Both the position numbers and the translations under genes were made by a program. A stretch of DNA of 64,000 nucleotides. Origin: Setoptus koraiensis (lineage: Eukaryota; Animalia; Arthropoda). This document shows, in pieces, positions 44,342 to 55,817 of the stretch. Every line of letters starts with the position of its first letter. Within the stretch, counting starts at the first letter, position 1. The notes under the pieces were generated by a model. It was not told the origin of the DNA. It made no database searches and saw only the letters and a program-made list of their open reading frames with translations. The stretch is taken from positions 6,262,001 to 6,326,000 of the forward strand of contig CM106585.1 in assembly GCA_048013815.1 (NCBI GenBank). The letters are read 5' to 3'.

Positions 44342-47300
44342 GGCTACTGTGCAGCTCCCAAACACTGTGAGCGCTCCCATGTTGCGCTCCCATGCGCCGC
44401 GTTGTGCCGGGCAGCGGACGCGGGGTCCCGTCGCTTGGCCCCGTGTCCGGCGTTGGCTCTTAATCAAGGCGCGCGATCGTTTTGCGTGCTTTTCGCTTTG
44501 CGCGACCCCTTTCTGGCGGCCAAAAAATGGCCGCCGCTCCCATTGTGGACGGTTGGTGGTGTCTTCATCTCATTATTATTATCCCATTTGTTATCAGCTG
44601 GCCGTTGCTGTTGCAGTTGTTTCTGGCCTGTCCACATGAACACTATATCCCGCAGATACCGTACCCCACAGATACCGTATACCGCAGATACACACTGTTT
44701 ATATGTGGCTCGGGCGCATATAAACAGAGCCACGCCAGACAACGCGGATGGAGCGGTCAGTTGGAGGGGCCGGCGCGATAGACATCGTGGCGTCTGTGTT
44801 GGTAGCTCAAAATGGGGCCCTCTCGAAGCAAATGAAGCAACCATAAAAGAAATCAATTCTTTTTCTATCTCATTTCAATCAATTGATCGCTCATTCTCCG
44901 TTTGCCAGTGTCGTGCTCCCGAACTCGGCCGAGCGGCGGCCCCAACCAGCGGCACGTCCCTCCGTCGGCCGGCGCCGCTCTCGGGGCCCCAAAATCCGGC
45001 CGACAATCCGAGATCCGAGAATCGAATCAGAGAAAAATGAACGAGGGCGCATTAGTGCGTGCGAGCTGGATATTTTGGGAATTGCCAGCAGCGAATTGAT
45101 GAGCTTTTTACAACTTGCTGCTCGCATTGTTGCTGTTGTTGTTGTCGTCGTCAAAGTTGCTGCGGTCGTTGCCATATTATGCCGTTGACCACCCACCGGC
45201 TGTTCACTGTCTTGAGCTCGCCCGTCCGACGCGGGCCCGAACGACTGGCCGGCCGCCGGCGGTGGCGCTCGTCTCGGGCGCGGCCTGTCCACGGGCGGTC
45301 CGCCTCGACGCTCGCCGCTCGCCGCGGTAACTCTTTGCCGGTCAACTCTTGCCGAATGAATCGCCGGACAACGAATTTCGGCTGCCAGAGCGCCACCAAA
45401 CGTGTAACCTGAAAACGTCCGCGGGGTGCACTGGCCAAACGGGGCCCGTCGCATTTCCGTTGCAATACAACGATTGCATCTATCCAGCGCGTATCCAAGT
45501 GTGCGCGTGCTGTCTCCCCGCGAGTTGTCAGTTTCTTTTTCGCCCGGTCGCGCTTCGGCCGGCCCGCTTGCCGGCCGCACGGCCGCGCGGCTGCGGGGCT
45601 CCCCCGCTGCAACCGTATAGCTATTTAGACATATAGTGCTTATAGTGGCAATAATGTTGCGCAACTCTAGCCGCGACAGTGTTTATTTTGGGTCAAAAGA
45701 CGGCGGCCAGACAGACGGAGAGAGAGAGAGGGAGCGCAAAAATGATTTGATCATCATCATCATTAATGTATAACTGCCACTCTGTCCACTAGACGGACGT
45801 TATTGCCCGAGTTGGCCCAGACTCTGGGCCCCAGAGCGAGAATCGCAACGTGCCCATGTGAATATGCGAATGAATATATGCTTTTTGGGGCCGCGCAAGC
45901 GGTGGCCGGCTCACCGTGCCACGCCGCCTATTTGCGGGTCGAGTGGCGCACAAATCTCTATTCATTATCTGGGAGCATGCTGCATGATAGCGATATTGGT
46001 CGTTGCATTTGTTAATGGCCGCCAGATAGCGGCCGGCCGGCGGATGCGCCCCCTCGGCCGCCATTCGCAGCGGACCGTCGGCTAGATTTGTGAGATTTGT
46101 CATGGGCTGCGCCGCTCAAAAAGCGCCCCACGCCCAAAAATGCCCCCTATTATGAGTCCCAAAAATCAAATAATTATCCGGCGAGCTCGTGTTTGGGCTC
46201 GGCCGGCCTGGCGAGCGGCCCAAGCCCGAGCGACGGGTAGCCGGCCGGCCGGCCGGCCAAATCAGATAAGCCGGTCGGCGGCGCTGGCCGAAATCTGATT
46301 CTCTGGCAAGCCGGTCACTGGACAGGGCCGATGCATATTTGAGCATGTACTGTATTGTTCTTAACTCGAGTGAGAATCTCAAGGTCTCGCCAAGCGAGAT
46401 AGCCACAGCAGATAAGCGGCGCTCAGAGAGATTTTTATCGCGCATTGCGACAAATCTTGATGCTCGTTGGCCGGCATCTGGGCCGGGCCGCTCGGCTGCG
46501 AGCAATTGTAACTGTTTCCGTTCTCGAGATGTCGGGCCCGCCAAAATATGGCCCCACATCTCGAGTTGGTGCGCCGGGCCAAATTGAGAGGGGCCCTTTA
46601 TCATTTGTGCTATCAGGCGCAGTGTATGGGCAGCATATATTTGTTATTAGTTGCTTGGCTCATTTCGGTGACACTGCCATCGAATCGTTGCTAATTTTAG
46701 CCGCTCGGCCCGAGCGCGACCGTGGAGCCGAGCCAACTAAAGTTGGTGGCGCCGCCACATTGACGCAGGCCGTCGGGGCCTCGCTCGGGCTCTTTCTGGC
46801 CCCGCTCGGGCCCGCCCTGGCCGGCGTCCAATCGCTCGCCAGGGCCGGCCGCCGCTCGGCGTGCCGACCGCTGGCTGCGACATATCAATTTATGCTGGGC
46901 ACCTACTTGAACTTTATCTGTGGCCGAGATCTGGCTGTGCGGCGCGCCCGGCATGCCCGACGGCGGTGTCATGTACACTCTTGGATGCTGGCCGCCGCCA
47001 AGACGCAAGCGGCGGAAGTGGGCGATGGGCGCTGCAGCGGGCCCGAGGAAACGCCGGTCGCGCGTTGAGTTAATGAGTCGTCACAGTGTGACGGTCAGAG
47101 GTTGTGGACGAAACACTTGCACACTCGGCCGCCAGTCTGTGCAAGTTTCGGCAGCTAGCGGGCCAATAATTTGCATATATGTTCGCGCTAGTTCAATTGC
47201 ATACAGCGGCGGCGGCGGCCAATTTGTTATTGGCAGCAGCGAGCCAATAACAACACTGGCGGACGCTCGTTGGCGGCAACCGCCGCGGCGGCGTCCGATG

Positions 47301-49973
47301 AGCCCGAGCGGCCGAGCAACACGCCACGAGCGGCCAACAACAACAGTTGATGGCCAACTTCCGGTCTGTCGGCACTTTTGGCGCTTGGGCCGGCCAGCAC
47401 GACACATCTGGCCACTAATTAACAAGTGCTACTTGTTACGAGTGCCATACGCCACTGGACTGTGTTCAGCAGAGTCTGTTGTGTGTGCCTAGCGAGCATC
47501 ATTAATTATCAATCGCCAGCCAGCCAGCGGCCGCGCGGCCCATTGGTAGCCATTGTTATGTAACCCGTTATGCAAGCCGCTGCATGTTACATAACGGTTT
47601 GGCAACATTAACATTGACACGCAAGTGTCACGCGCACACTGCGCACTGGCCCGAGTGCAACGAGTATCACGCAAGTGTAACGATATGGCGACCATCACAA
47701 GTGTGACGTAACAAGACGTCGCAAGCGTCGCTGAGTCGTGATATTAGTTACTATTATTAGAGCGCCAGTTGATGTGGCCGCCAGTGGAAAGTTGGCAAAA
47801 ACTTGAGCCCAAGCCGGGGCCCCATCTTGTTGGTACACAACAAGCAACAACAAGATGGGGGGCCCCGGCACTCAATTGGCGAGCCCAGTCGCAAATGTTT
47901 AATGACTTATTTTGGCAACGCGCGGGCAGCGTTTCCACTGGCGGCCGCCACCGACAACTAGCACCGACAACAGTGAGGCGGCGCTGCGCCTTCCGGCTAA
48001 TTAAACCGCTTAGATACTTGTAGCTGAGCAGTGCCGCTGAAGTGACACTCGGGCCAAGCGCACATTACAAGTGTCATGTTACGCAACCAGGTTGCGGCGC
48101 AAGCCGCGACACAAGGCCACCGTCTAACCGTCGCCAGTCATGTATCACATCATGTGATTCACATGCAACCACTGGCCGGGCCGGGCCGTTTGCTCGCCGG
48201 CCCGTCGGCCCGTTGGCTCATCGGCCGGTGGCCCACTTGGCTCGATTGGCGGGCCGATGGCGGCAAGTGAGTCGGGTGCGGCACGAATAGTTGCCCGGCC
48301 GAACCACTCGAGTGCACCTAGGGCACCTCGGCGGTCGGCCGCCGCAGCCGTTGCGTAACTGCACATACTGTATAGTGGTGGCCAGTGCCGGCAGTGGTAG
48401 TTATGTAACACACTTTACATATATAGTTATATATATATATGTGTTCTGGTTGTATTATATAATTTATATATGGTTAGGCGGCGCTCGCAGTGATTATGCC
48501 GATACAATGCGCCCCACAACCATCATGATGATGATACAACAATAACGTTTTAAGTAACAGTCATTAAAGTTATGGTAATCATTTCCATTGTCGGTCACTC
48601 AATCAAGAGGCCCCGCCAAGGAGACGGGCCCAAAGACGAGCACGTCGCGCAATGCCAAATGACAAGCGCATATATTTGGCGCGGCTATTTTCTGGTGTCG
48701 CTGCAAATGGGCGCCGCCAGTGGAGACTGGCGCGCGCAAATTATCGTCGCCGACATTACATAACAACAACAACAACAAGCCCAACGGATAGACAAATGTC
48801 CCGAGCTGCAAATTGGCGTCGCGCAACCACGAGAAAGCGCAACTGCAAATTACCAACTCGCCGGCAAATCTTTTCTTATCCGCGAGCTCGCGACTCACGA
48901 CTCGCGACTCACGAATCGAGCGACTCGAGCGACGCCGACCAGCCAGCGACTCACGAGCGACGAGCTGGCTGGCGATTGGGCCCAGTCGCGTTCGGACCGT
49001 CTGACTCAGACGGGCGCAGGGATCTCGAGCCGACTCGAGAAGCGGCCGCCCGCAAATCGCCAGCCAGCCAGCCAGCCGGCGAGAAATATCAATGGCAAAA
49101 CAATTCGTTTTGCCACTTAGCTCGAGTCGGCGAGCAGCCACGATATCGCGCAATGCGCGATCGCCCTTGCCAGATCTAATGGAATCACCTAAGATGGCCA
49201 GTCAATCGTTTTTGGGCTCGCCAGCGCCAAAACTCAGCCAAAATTCAGTTGCTTTGCATCTAGTTTAAAGCCGCTCTCACTCGATGCGCACTCACTAAAA
49301 AGCGAGCCGTTTTTTATTGTTGTTGTTGCTGCTACTGCTGCTATTTGCCTCTTGGCTTGTTTGTGCGCCCCAACCAACAAAAAAAACCCAACCAGTTTGC
49401 TAGCTTTTAGCTGGCAACCGTTAGTATAACTTGCCCACTAGCTACTGGCAGCCACTGGCGCCATCAAGCTCAATTCCGTCAATTCAGACAACAACAACAA
49501 CAACAACAACAATGGCCCCCGAAGAGGATGCAAGTTAATCACTGTTGTGCCTCGGCCGGGCCCCATCAATTGCGGCCGCTCTCGGGCAGCTTTAAATTGC
49601 GCGAGTTCAAGCGAACTGGTCGCCGTTGCTTTGCAACCAGCAGCGACCCCTCACCCCAAGCAACTCACCCGGTGCGACTTGGTGCAATGGAGTGGTGCGG
49701 TGCAATGAGGCAACTCTTTCTGTCATTATCTTACACAACAAACACGTTACAGCCTCCAATGAGTCATAGAGCACTGAGCATTGAGTGGGATTGGATTAAA
49801 TTAAATTTTATTTTATCCTCTCCTCTCGGCGCACACATTTATCCGCCACTGTCGGCACCACTGACTCGGCAGGATAAATGCCATTGACTGGCAGCGGGGC
49901 GCTGCTATATTTTTGTTGGCCGCAGTTGGTCGCCACTGTCAGCCAAACTGCAACTTGTCGGCCAACGGGGCCA

Positions 49974-50009
49974 GCCTTTGTTGGCCACTCTAACGTGGCC
50001 AACAAAGGC
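49974..50009. repeat. Perfect inverted repeat GCCTTTGTTGGCCAC-tctaac-GTGGCCAACAAAGGC
   Basis: 15-bp arms, 6-nt spacer, all pairs checked. Confidence 0.97.
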
Positions 50010-52080
50010 AAAAAGTAGATAAGCAATTTAATTACAGTTTCAGCCAATTGATTGGGGCCACTGGCTGGCTGGCTGGCTGGTTGGCTCGCTCGCTTGGCCC
50101 CGTGCGGCCGTGCCGTCTCCGTTTGTTCTAGCTGTAGACGCTGGCTGGATGTGGACCTCAATCGACAATAATGGTACTTTTGAGATCGCATTCGCAGATA
50201 CACGCTCATTCAATGAGTTCTGATTCCGTCTGATCTGATCCGATCCGATCTTTCGGAGCTCGTCTCGTCTCGGCTCGTCTTATCTCGTCTCGTCTCGTCT
50301 CATTCAATTCCAATGTCTGCTGTCTCTTGCTCTTGCTCTGTTAATCCCGGCCAGCGCGTTTGCAAAGCCCACAAATTGCCATGATCCGCCTCTTGATATA
50401 TTCGCCCTTCATTTCATTTGGGGCTCATGCTCCATTTTGTGGATCTGTCGAAAGTTTCACTATTAACTAGTGTGTCATCATGATCCGGCCCCATTAATGG
50501 CCAGGCGACACAAACGCTGGCTCTTGACTTATTAGCCGCTCGTTCACGGTGTTGCTGCCGCCGCCGCTGATCGCTGGACCTCGCTACCGAAAATGATCGA
50601 CTCGTCGTCGATGCTCCAAAGTTAGCTTACTTGAAATCACCGCAAATCGCCACAAACAAACATACAAGTAAGCCACTATCGTAGTATGTGCACGCTTTGG
50701 ATCTATTAAGAGATAAACGCTCGCAACGCTTGTAATAATGACGACACACAAGCTCCCAAAGAAATCGCCCCGATTAACAACAAACAAGAGCAATTCTTAT
50801 TTCAATCAATATTGCACGGCTAGATTGACACAAATGGGCGCACAGATTGCCCATTGGCAATGATGATATTACAAAATTAGTTACTTTAGCAACTAACCGT
50901 TTTAGTTCAGTTTATCACATTGCATCAATGATGATGTGTCACCAGCTTCCACTTCCGTTTTCACCTCTAGCCAGTCGCGAAAGCTGCTCGAAGGTTGCCC
51001 CATTTATAATGGTGGTTCGCTCAAACGAATCACCAACGAATGGACAAAGCTATCTGACTAGCTTCGCTATTCGTGTAGAAATACTGCAGGCAAATACTGC
51101 GAAATACTCCTCCAGATGCCCTTCTCCTATCCCATCTATCTTGGCCTCCTCGTGGCTTAGCCAGCCAAAGTTTCCCTCACCATGTAGATGAACTCATCGA
51201 TCATCGCGAGAGCTAGCTCATGAGGATACAATGAAATCGCGAAAAATGATAAAGTAAGACATTGTTCAAATGAAAACTAACTGCCTGTCTGAGAACCAGC
51301 CGCCTTTCGCCAATCAACAACCAACTCTTGCCACACTGACGATTTTTATATCTCGATACATCATCACTTTTGTCTCTGACGACACTATTAGAGTCAACAA
51401 TTTTCAGTCTGTATGCCATAACCATCACCATCAATTGATAGATTCTCACCTCGAACGATCACATGCACCTAGATCGGCCGAGTCGCATGTCGAGGCACCA
51501 TATATCACAATCGGGTGCCAGTTTTTTATCAGATAGAGTTGCGGACCTGTGAAAAAAAACTGATAAAGCAAATAAATTATAACCAGAAAAAAATTAAATT
51601 CAAGGTGAAAACAGGTAGCTGGCTGCTTTTTCAACCATTTCACCACTGCTTGCCAGACTTCGCGTGCAAACCACAAGTTCCCGCAAGTCAACTCTCGAAG
51701 TCAATCGTTCACCAATGATGCCAAGTTAATTTATCTTGACATCATGGTGCGTACTTTAGTATCCAATCAACTACTCTCACGATAAAGTTTCTTGATAAAC
51801 TTGATAAAGACTGTCATAAAGATTGCACTGCCATCTAAATGATAGGATCATCTCTCTTTGGGCTTTTGCAAAATGCTACAACTACTGTCAGTTAATACTC
51901 TGATACTTATTTGATCCGAGATAGTCAATACTCAGCGACTTTCTAATATATCGTCTGAGTGATAACAGTGTAAGGGAGCCAGTTGGATAACACAAAGTCG
52001 TGTTGAAGTTCAACACTAGAAATGATAATTACCATTGAAAGATTTCCAGCGGGCTTTGAGATATAGTTGCGGGTAGATTA

Positions 52081-52086
52081 TTTATT
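52081..52086 (-). promoter_or_regulatory. Polyadenylation signal of egh
   Basis: AATAAA on the minus strand about 35 nt after the stop. Confidence 0.65.
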
Positions 52087-52121
52087 AAGATAACTACGTC
52101 TCTCTCAGTCTACATCGCTAT

Positions 52122-52550
52122 TCATATATCTATGACGGATTTGAATTGCTTTTCTACAATATAGAATTTATGTTTCTTGCCAAATATTCCCCACACAACG
52201 GCAATATTTTCAATGAATATGTTGAGAGGTAGGGTAAATATGGCACCGATAAGATACACAAATAGTCTTCTATATCCTATTCGTTTGATATTAAACGATT
52301 TCATAACACCAAACATGTACATATAAATTGTCACTGCTCCACAAAATGACGCCAAAGAATTGAACCAGGTCTGAGCAGGCAAGGGAAACAAATTTGCTAT
52401 TATTAAGTTTGAGGTTATCAATGGCACTGCTAGCCAAGAATAAAGCGATATTGCCAGAAATATCTTATTGATAAGAGGAACTTTAGATGAGTGTACGACA
52501 AGAAATATTCCTTGCATCCAGCGTTTTCGTTGTTGTATAAGATCCGAGAT
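52122..52550 (-). CDS. egh: Egghead beta-1,4-mannosyltransferase (GT2), exon 3
   Basis: ISDLIQQRKRWMQGIFLVVHS (QxxRW motif)...IENIAVVWGIFGKKHKFYIVEK matches the known egh C-terminus. Acceptor ctaac...ATCAG|. Confidence 0.97.
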   Translation of the reverse strand: MSDLIQQRKRWMQGIFLVVHSSKVPLINKIFLAISLYSWLAVPLITSNLIIANLFPLPAQTWFNSLASFCGAVTIYMYMFGVMKSFNIKRIGYRRLFVYLIGAIFTLPLNIFIENIAVVWGIFGKKHKFYIVEKQFKSVIDI

Positions 52551-52652
52551 CTGATCAGGAACAGTTAGATAGAAGATGAAGAAGTAAGTCAGATGAGGAT
52601 TATAACGGATGTTCGAACAGACAACGAGCTAGGCTTATCAAGGTCTACTTAC

Positions 52653-52816
52653 AGTAAATGGTGATTTTTCCCACATTTCCCCTTCAATGAAATTGAAAGT
52701 GTAACCTTGTTTGTATGCGATCATGGAGAAGTAACAATCTTCAGCGACTGAACCATCAAGTCCGTGATCAAATGAAACACTTTTCTCGGCTAGATATTTG
52801 GTCACAACAAAAGAGC
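52653..52816 (-). CDS. egh: Egghead, exon 2
   Basis: GSFVVT...SFDHGLDGSVAEDCYF...FNFIEGEMWEKSPFT; acceptor TTAG| and donor ACT|GTAAGT. Confidence 0.97.
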
Positions 52817-52918
52817 CTAATTTATAGAAAGAGAAAGAATGCAAATTTCGGTTAGTCTATAAAAAAACATTTTGTCAGCATCAAAGTGATGGTCATCTCT
52901 GTCCTCTACAATTCTCAC

Positions 52919-53792
52919 CCTTCCATCCAAATAGTGGTCGATGAAACATGTAAAATTGAAATCTGAGCTTGCCCATATCGTCTGCTACCCTGAATGAATC
53001 GGCCAAGGTGGTTATCCAATTTACAATTTCCTCATTAGCATAGGTGATCAGTCCTTGTCCAAATGAGTGTTTTCCCTCCACTGTGAAGTTGATTATACCA
53101 TTGATGACGTTTTGAGTTAATAGAGTTTCCTCATCCAAATGCACTATATAATCACCATCGTTCAATTGACTCACTTTATCTTCAAGAGCATATTGAAGAG
53201 CTCTTGCCTTAAACAAAGCACCAGTAGATGTTTTATAGTTTGTTGGTACAACAACTTGTCTAATTCTCGGATCAAAGTCAAGTTCAATTTGTTTATCTGT
53301 AACAACTTCAACATTGAAGTTTTCCAATCCAGATTCCAGACACATTGCATGGTTTCTATTTACATTACGTCGCACTAGTTCCGGATAGAGGCCTCTAGTG
53401 ACAATACGGACGCAAATGAATGGTTTAATAGCAGAAGCATTGTGAGGTTGACTATTGTTTGTCTTGAGCTTTATTCTTCCAGGGAAGGCGTTGTATAATG
53501 TTAATCCGAGAAAGTTGCAAATGCATTGTGGCAATGATAGCAAAACAAAAAATTGCATCAAGTACAATAGGTAAGTTATCGCAGTTCCATATTTATCAAT
53601 TGGATTAAATTGTCCTAATGGGTCATAGGTTGTAGTTACAGATTCATTGTAGATAGTGGTTGTTGTAGATGGGGCCCGCTTGAACGAGATACCAAGCCCA
53701 TTGCCGGATGAGATTTCAAAAGTCAATATGACTATGATAAACATAAAACAATGTAGAATGTGTCTAGCATGAGACATGAGATTTCTGAGCAT
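52919..53792 (-). CDS. egh: Egghead, exon 1 (spliced product 488 aa)
   Basis: FICVRIVTRG, GALFKARALQY, IVHLDEETLL (DxD-type) and GQGLITYANE..TTLADSFRVADDMGKLR are egh/BRE-3 hallmarks. Donor G|GTGAGA. Confidence 0.97.
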
Positions 53793-55748
53793 AATAGTAA
53801 TACGGTGCTACTTTTTTTGGTTTGGTTTGGTTTGGTTTGGTGCTATAATTATTGCTTGATGATCTGGTTGCCAGTGGTGGGGTGGGCGCTTTTGACGGGG
53901 GCAATTTCAGCAGGTAAAATAAAATACGTGATAATAAGTTTCTTCCATGAGCGTCGATGGAGCGATCTACGAGTATCTTGTGTTTCTTCTATTCAGTTCG
54001 GGATTGGGCCGCCTATACCTACCGCCTTTTTGTGTCAGGGTATCTGGTATGTGTATATCTGGTAATGGTGCTAGTTACAATTAGATATCAATGTTGATGT
54101 CGTAGAATGCCAGCGCCGATTGCAGTTTTGAGATTAGTTGGACTGACGAATTTTCTATTGGATTGGATCGGTTGGTATCATATGAGCTGGTGTTTGTCAG
54201 CAAGTCTACAAGTCTATCACCATGGTTCGCGGTAGCCGTTCGGGTATAAATCCGAATATCAACCTTTTATTACAATTGTGTCTGTTTATTGCTATTAATA
54301 CTCGTCATTAATATATTTCTGATGGATATAAATTCGCTGACTAAACAGGGTGTAGACCTTTTGCGTGCGTGTGCCTGCTTCCATTGGCTTCCTTCTGATG
54401 TCTGTGCCAAAATCAATGCCTTCAACAAAGCCTCCGATTTGGCTCTGTTTGTGTTCTTTCGCGCGCGCACACACACGCACACATGTGCCGCACCTATGTG
54501 TAACTTTGACAATGGCCTCATCACCAGTACTGAAAGGCGCCGCCAGAGGCGCTCTTGTCAACGCCCTGTCAGTGTCTCGGTGCACACACAGTTGCGTGAT
54601 ATAAACGATTTATCTACTCAATACCCATGGTTGTTCAAACTTTAGACAATGGCTTAATTGCACTACACGAAATACCTGCAATTCAATATACAATAGAAGA
54701 GAGCGGACTGGAATAGATGTCGCCCAAATAATAGTTTACACAAGTAGCGAGGGCGCGGGTTTGCTCGTGTTGTCCATGGGCTCGGAGCGGCCTCTCGCGT
54801 ACTTTTTCGCTACCAACTGTGGCCGACGCAAGGTGCACGTGCGAACGCGCGGCCAACGTTCAGCAGCATGTTCTGTGCCATCAACACCAACACGGGCGAA
54901 ACAACAATCTTGTTGTTGTTGTTCCAGGATTCTAAGAAGATTCTAGATATAAGATTGTAAGAAATCTAGGATTTTATGGATATAATCACAAACTCAACTG
55001 ATGCTCTGTGAAATACTCACTGATGGCCCCAGTTGTACGGCAAATATCAGTGGGAAACCCATCTTAAAAGTACATGTTGTTGAGGCAATCTGTGTGATGT
55101 TCATAAGAGTGCCAACGTCGGACAGATCATCCTACAAGATGCTTATGAAATTGATGCGTAATCTACACTGGGCGCACCGTTATTCTGCGCGCACTAATTT
55201 ATGTAAAATATAGAGGAAAAAATTGCAAAAATAAACAAGCGGTTGTGTTGGGAATATCTTGCAGTGCGTTGCGCAGATTCTTCAGAGAAAAATGATAGTT
55301 CCTTCAAAATCTTTAACAAAATCTTCAACTATTGCCGTAGGACATTTACTTCGTCCAAATCTTCAGGCTGTGAAGAAGTAGACTAACTAAATATCGATAT
55401 GAATGATATGATATATTGGTGAGGATTACACGGTAATTACTCAATCTGACAAGAAAGTAGTGAGAGTAGCGATTGAGAAGGTTTCGCCCATTCATCTAGA
55501 GAACCAGCAAAAAGATTGAAACAAAGATATTCCCCAATCGCCCGATATGATCAGGCAATTCAACAATTTTGAGAGTTCTATCGAGACCTTTTTCTTTTAG
55601 ATCTGAGCCGAAACTTCCGGCACTTCCGACATGTAATCATTGAGATAGAGAAAATCGCTCATGATCGACACTTCATATAAGCTGTTCTGGTCACGGAATC
55701 GCACTGGAATATGCTAAATCATCATGGAGCCTTCAAATACATTGTTGT

Positions 55749-55817
55749 GTAGACTGTAGTTGTTGTAGATGAGACGTAACCCAATGAGATACGAGGACCG
55801 TTGCTGGATGAGATTTC
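55749..55817 (-). pseudogene. Diverged 69-bp copy of an egh exon-1 segment
   Basis: Gapless 51/69 nt identity to 53649-53717. EISSSNGPRISLGYVSSTTTTVY versus EISSGNGLGISFKRAPSTTTTIY (14/23 aa). No in-frame ATG; stops on both sides. Confidence 0.7.

Noticed and set aside
44225-45040. 271-aa ORF with a knottin-like YYCNSDTHCVYRNGYC segment
   Set aside because: That segment is the translation of the 29-bp palindrome; no signal peptide, domain or splice support.
49974-50020. Helitron 3' end
   Set aside because: No CTRR terminus at the expected distance on either strand.
52551-52918. Both egh introns are exactly 102 nt
   Set aside because: No sequence similarity between them; neighbouring Vg introns are 109-132 nt, so coincidence in a narrow length distribution is sufficient.
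54820-54930. Serpin-like NKIVVSPVLVLMAQNML in a minus frame
   Set aside because: The conserved Ser and Leu positions are missing, the frame stops about 15 codons later, and no other serpin motif lies nearby.
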